DNA from: Nemertoderma westbladi
Taxonomy: Eukaryota; Animalia; Xenacoelomorpha
DNA length: 40,538 bases
Reading direction: 5' to 3'
NCBI GenBank assembly: GCA_032718475.1
Contig: JAUCBJ010005324.1
Coordinates: 1 to 40,538 of the forward strand
Part shown: positions 35,943 through 40,538 of the stretch, piece by piece
Numbering within the stretch: position 1 is the stretch's first letter
How the letters are laid out: each line of letters starts with the position of its first letter
The notes under the pieces: model-generated
What the model saw: the letters and a program-made list of their open reading frames with translations, nothing else
Told to the model about the DNA's origin: nothing
Database searches by the model: none
Position numbers and translations under genes: made by a program

Positions 35943-36729
35943 AAACCCTTAATTAAAGATGTAAATGAAAAGATATTCAAAGGTGTTGACTACTCTGGGA
36001 TTGGACAAACAAACTATCTGAGCAGTGTAGATAAACTATTAGCCAATCGTCACAACTACTTTAACCCTAAAGAGCGCCTATTGGTTAATCCTCACAACTA
36101 CTTCAGACCAACCGACAAGCCATTTATTGACTCCAACAATTATTTGCCACACCCACCTGAGAAACAATTTGTTGACCCTCATAACTACTTCTCCGGAACT
36201 AATAAACTGTTAGCTGGTTTGAACTTACAACATCCATTGGTATATACCGCCGCCATTCCTCCGCCATCCAACACTATTTGGCAGAGTGGCGTGGGTTCAC
36301 CTCCTAGCAAACACAGACAGTCTGCTCTGAGATCGCCCCCTGAGCACAGAATACAGGAAATCAGGTCCCCTCCGGAACTACGACAACACGAATTCAGGTC
36401 CCCCCAGGAACATACCAGACTGCAGACACTCAGATCTCCCCAGGAACTGCCCAGACTGCAGACACTCAGATCTCCCGAGGAACCCACTAGACTGCAGACA
36501 CTTAGATCGCCCCACGAACCAACCAGACTGCCGACACTCAGATCTCCTCCCCCCAACTCCTCCGACTACTATACAGACGAACTCGATCACGATCACCCCA
36601 ACCGGTACGACATGGATCGTGTAGCAGATGTTGACGTTCAGCCTACGAATCGCAATGCCCAGCCTTCTCCCACTGAGAATAAAGTTTTTGAAGAATTTCC
36701 GAATTCGCGGACCGATGGAAGGAAGAAAT
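35943..36729 (+). CDS. KIND/PDZ protein, exon 4 (repetitive, probably disordered linker)
   Basis: Acceptor CTTTTCTAACAG|, phase 0. The frame is open for 787 nt and richer in GC than the introns, with internal peptide repeats. The phase-1 donor T|GTTGGT at 36730 fits exon 5, whereas TG|GTAACA at 36734 is phase 2 and does not. The 3' boundary is less certain. Confidence 0.78.
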
Positions 36730-36905
36730 GTTGGTAACAAAATGAATGTAATACAAAGTAAAGTTCATTCCACCAATTTATCGATTTATGATTACTTTGA
36801 TTACTTGATAAATCAAACTTATCACCCGTTTATAAACATAGTAAGTTTTAGTGTAATTATTTATCCCATTTAAATCGGAAAATATAATAATATTCAATAT
36901 TTTAG

Positions 36906-37078
36906 CAAACACAGATGAAGAGTTTGGGGTTCAGTTGGAACGCATTAATGGACAGTTTGGATTGGGTCTTTCTGGAGGTTCGGATACCGGGTTCGATGGC
37001 GGTAAAACCTATGTGCAGGTTATAGTCGACGATAGTAGCGGAAAGAACTACGTGTTCCCTGGCGATGAACTAGTTGCT
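36906..37078 (+). CDS. KIND/PDZ protein, exon 5 (N-terminal two-thirds of a PDZ domain); gene continues, next exon not located
   Basis: Acceptor TTTTAG|, with an in-phase alternative CAG| at 36914. FGVQLERINGQFGLGLSGGSDTGFDGGKTYVQVIV...VFPGDELVA fits PDZ strands A-C, the GLGF-like loop and the GD motif. Donor GCT|GTGAGT, phase 0. Confidence 0.85.
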
Positions 37079-39970
37079 GTGAGTTATTTAATTAGATATT
37101 CCGGGCTAGTTGCGGAGGAATCTGCCTTTTAATTTTCTACTTGTTGTATTCCTACGAACCGTATGAGTAAAGCCGACAACATGCTTCCTGCAGAAATCCT
37201 AAAAGTTACATCCTGTATCCTCAACATCATTGCTATAAAGTCATATCGCAACTTGCAATGTTTAATGTTTCACTGAAATTTATGTCAACAGTTTGAAGAA
37301 TTGTGTAAAATTTAATAGTTTATTTAAAAAGGGAGAAATCGTGGCGCATGCACTAAGCAAATTATTATCATTATTTTATGTCAACTAACAATTGACTTTC
37401 CTATTAGTGTAGGTTTCAATAGATTAATAGATCCTACATCGCGGTTTGGGTTGTTGCTTTTCTATATCCTAATGGGTCGTTTGGAATTCAATATTGTTTG
37501 TTAATTATTATTTTTGATACAATGATGATATTAATGTACCAAATCACAATAATTTAACTACAATAATGTAAGCAATAATCCTGCACACTTCCCCTGCATT
37601 CATACATGTGAAATTTAGGTTAATTAATTAATTAGTTGGTTTTATCGCTAGCAATAATGAACAGGTGATGATTACGACCAAAAATGAAGCTGTAAGCTGT
37701 GCTATAATCTTAGCGAAGTGCGTTAGTACAGTCAACCCTAGCCGCCACGGCAGCACACACGGTTCAGCAGATTATTTCAAACGGGTCGTTAGGAAGGAGT
37801 TTTACCGACCCAACAGCCTCCAAACAAAGTGTAATAATATCCTGCGATTATATATAATCAATAATACATGCATACTAAATAGTCAAGTACTTCTTTTGTT
37901 TATTCGGATTAAATTAATTTATTGTTTACAGTTTGGTGTTGCTCTAATTCTATCGCAAATATATACTATCTGTATGTAATGTTTGCTGTACTGATCAATA
38001 ACATTGATACGCTAATTCATTATAAAAAGGACTTTGTTTCGTAATTCTGGGAACAATTCATGCAAATTGTAGTCAGTACATTAATATACATAATATTATA
38101 ATTTATATTATAATCAAGACTATAATTGTTTTATTATTACATTCGGTTTTTCATGGAATGAAAATATGACTTCACGTTACTAATATTTCGTAATCCTTCA
38201 GCTAGCAAGCGCAAGCTGCTACCAAAGTTCTCTTACGGCCAAAATTAACCTTTTCAAGATAGATAAGCATGCTGTGCTTTTCCTAAGTTCCAAGATGTTT
38301 GAGGCTTTATCAGGGAATATTTAACAATTATACGGTCCCTTTGAACAGTATATTTGAAACGTTAATTTATACTTCATAACGTATGTTTCATACTTGTTTG
38401 GCAGTTATTCAATAAGTTGGTTTGTGTTCGAGTCTCTCTGCATATAAGGTAGGTTTGTTATTACTGCTACTAATAATATTACTTGTTTCAAGTCTTATAT
38501 TCCATCACTTTATAAGTTTACAGTGCGAAACGTTTTAAAATATGACAGCGCTACGCCGACGCCCACAGCCGAAAATAGCAAGCCATTTCAACCAAAACAA
38601 TAAACGAGATCTCTTGTTACTGCAACCTGTTAACTCTCGATTTCAATTGGTAAATAGTTTAGGTACAGGCGTAGCGCTTATGGCAAATGGACGGGATAAT
38701 GTGTGACGCTTTGTGTTACTGTATTTAATGTACCAGGCAGGGGCTACTTAACTACTTTAATGTACCAAGGCCTACACTTATATTGCATAAAATATAGTAT
38801 ATTAACTGGTTAGATGTGCATTTTATCCGGCTTATCCCAGGCCTCAAATTTATATCATTCAAATTGTTTATCAACCGTACTACTCTCAATATATTTATAA
38901 ATTCATTAGTACCTCTGAAAAGATTTTCATTTAAGAAATTCGTTTCCGTAAATAAAGTAATTTCATTAATGTTTTAACACTTATTTAAATTGCACAAATA
39001 GAACTGATCAGTACATGAATATCGCAACCCGTAATATAGTTACAATTGAGATCAATCTGATAATGAAGTATCAAAAATTCTAAATTCATTATTAATATGA
39101 GAACCAGTCACATGTGTCCCTTCAGATCTATTAGCAAAGCCAGCATAATCAGCCGCGGTGCTGGAAGCAGCTGGGCTGTGTTGTATTCCTAAACAAAGGT
39201 AAGAAAGTTATTTTCAAAGGTGAGTGGCATATTATGCGTTATGCATTATGCAATGCACATGCATCACATCCATATAACCGTATATAACTAACATTAGAAA
39301 TTTAACAATTTTGGCATGAAAAGACCCTGTTGAGTCAACATTGTCTAGCCAAGACTTAGTCAAGTTTATGGGCATAAATTGTAGAGAAACATTCTTCCTG
39401 ATACAAAGCACAGTCAGAACAATTTAAATCAGATCAAATCACACAATTATTACAGAAATATAGCATTTCTTTGCCAAATATACACCTATAATTTATAATT
39501 TATAATTATAATAATATAATATATAAACTTATTAAAATGCCAACCCGTGTGCTTCTCTGTATGTACTGTCATGTAGAACTGTAGACCTACCGGTTGTCAC
39601 TTTGATTTTACTGTGTACGATATTATATATAATAATAATAATTTGAGATAAAATAGCTTTGTATGGTAAATGGAAGTATTTTATACCTTTATAGATATTC
39701 GTAACTTTACAAATTTTGTAAGACATTTACATAAATATTCAAAGAATAATTATCATTACTGTTCATAACTTTATTTTTTTCAGGAAGTTATTTTATACAC
39801 ATTAATAATGTATAGGCCTATATAGTGTCTATTTATTTATTTCTTGCATTTTAAAGTCAGTGGGAATGGGCTGTAGTACTACGAGAGAAACTGAAAGTAA
39901 ATATAAGGTCAGTAAAAGTTGATGTATCAGGAAAAAAACTCAATAGGATAATGTTTAGTTGATGAAGTTA

Positions 39971-40538
39971 GGACAATAGCTACCCGGGCAATAGCTACCC
40001 GGGCAATAGCTACCCGGACAATAGCTACCCGGACAATAGCTACCCGGACAATAGCTACCCGGACAATAGCTACCCGGACAATAGCTACCCGGGCAATAGC
40101 TACTCGGACAATAGCTACCCGGGCAATAGCTACCCGGACAATAGCTACCCGGACAATAGCTACCCGGACAATAGCTACCCGGGCAATAGCTACCCGGACA
40201 ACAGCTACCCGGACAATAGCTACCCGGGCAATAGCTACCCGGACAATAGCTACCCGGACAATAGCTACCCGGGCAATAGCTACCCGGACAATAGCTACCC
40301 GGGCAATAGCTACCCGGGCAATAGCTACCCGGACAATAGCTACCCGGACAATAGCTACCCGGACAATAGCTACTCGGACAATAGCTACCCGGACAATAGC
40401 TACCCGGGCAATAGCTAATCGGACAATAGCTACCCGGGCAATAGCTACTCGGACAATAGCTACCCGGGCAATAGCTACCCGGACAATAGCTACCCGGACA
40501 ATAGCTATCCGGACAATAGCTACCCGGGCAATAGCTAC
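39971..40538. repeat. 15-bp minisatellite GG(A/G)CAATAGCTACCC, ~38 copies, truncated by window end
   Basis: Directly visible tandem repeat with two main variants (GGACAA / GGGCAA) and rare TACTC, TAATC, TATCC and AACAG variants. Confidence 0.99.

Noticed and set aside
36185-36873. Minus-strand and alternate-frame ORFs over exon 4
   Set aside because: Shadows of the GC-richer repetitive exon. The plus-strand frame is the one supported by splice phases.
30811-37078. Assigning gene symbol PTPN13 or FRMPD2
   Set aside because: No FERM or phosphatase domain is visible and the similarity is recognised by eye only, so orthology cannot be established.
37665-37979. ORF as exon 6 completing the PDZ domain (CAG|VMITTKNEAV...)
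   Set aside because: The phase fits and T..EAV is vaguely PDZ-like, but the expected (V/I)NG motif and a polypyrimidine tract are missing, so it is not supportable without transcripts.
38590-38606. Third occurrence of AACCAAAACAATAAA as another MITE copy
   Set aside because: Only ~15 bp match, and the flanks do not clearly align with the 3941 and 29919 elements.

Overview
AT-rich eukaryotic genomic DNA, probably from an invertebrate animal (spliceosomal GT-AG introns, a LINE, MITEs). About 57% of the window (4731-27812, resuming at 29296-29588) is a 63-bp tandem satellite of roughly 370 units. It is organised into sequence-variant domains with nested higher-order repeats (7-, 8-, 15-, 27- and 69-mers). 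Near its degenerate right edge sits a 5'-truncated, inactivated RTE-type non-LTR retrotransposon with a (TAG)n tail and a target-site duplication. The left flank has two adjacent fold-back MITE-like elements and one copy of a short TIR element whose second copy lies just right of the array. From 30811 a plus-strand spliced gene can be followed through five phase-compatible exons. It encodes a KIND domain, a repetitive Ser-Pro linker and the start of a PDZ domain: PTPN13/FRMPD2-like, but with no FERM domain between KIND and PDZ. A PIF/Harbinger-like MITE lies in intron 3, and a 15-bp minisatellite runs off the end of the window. The many long ORFs in the satellite are by-products of a 63-bp (21-codon) unit. 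All family assignments come from motif recognition by eye; no searches were run.
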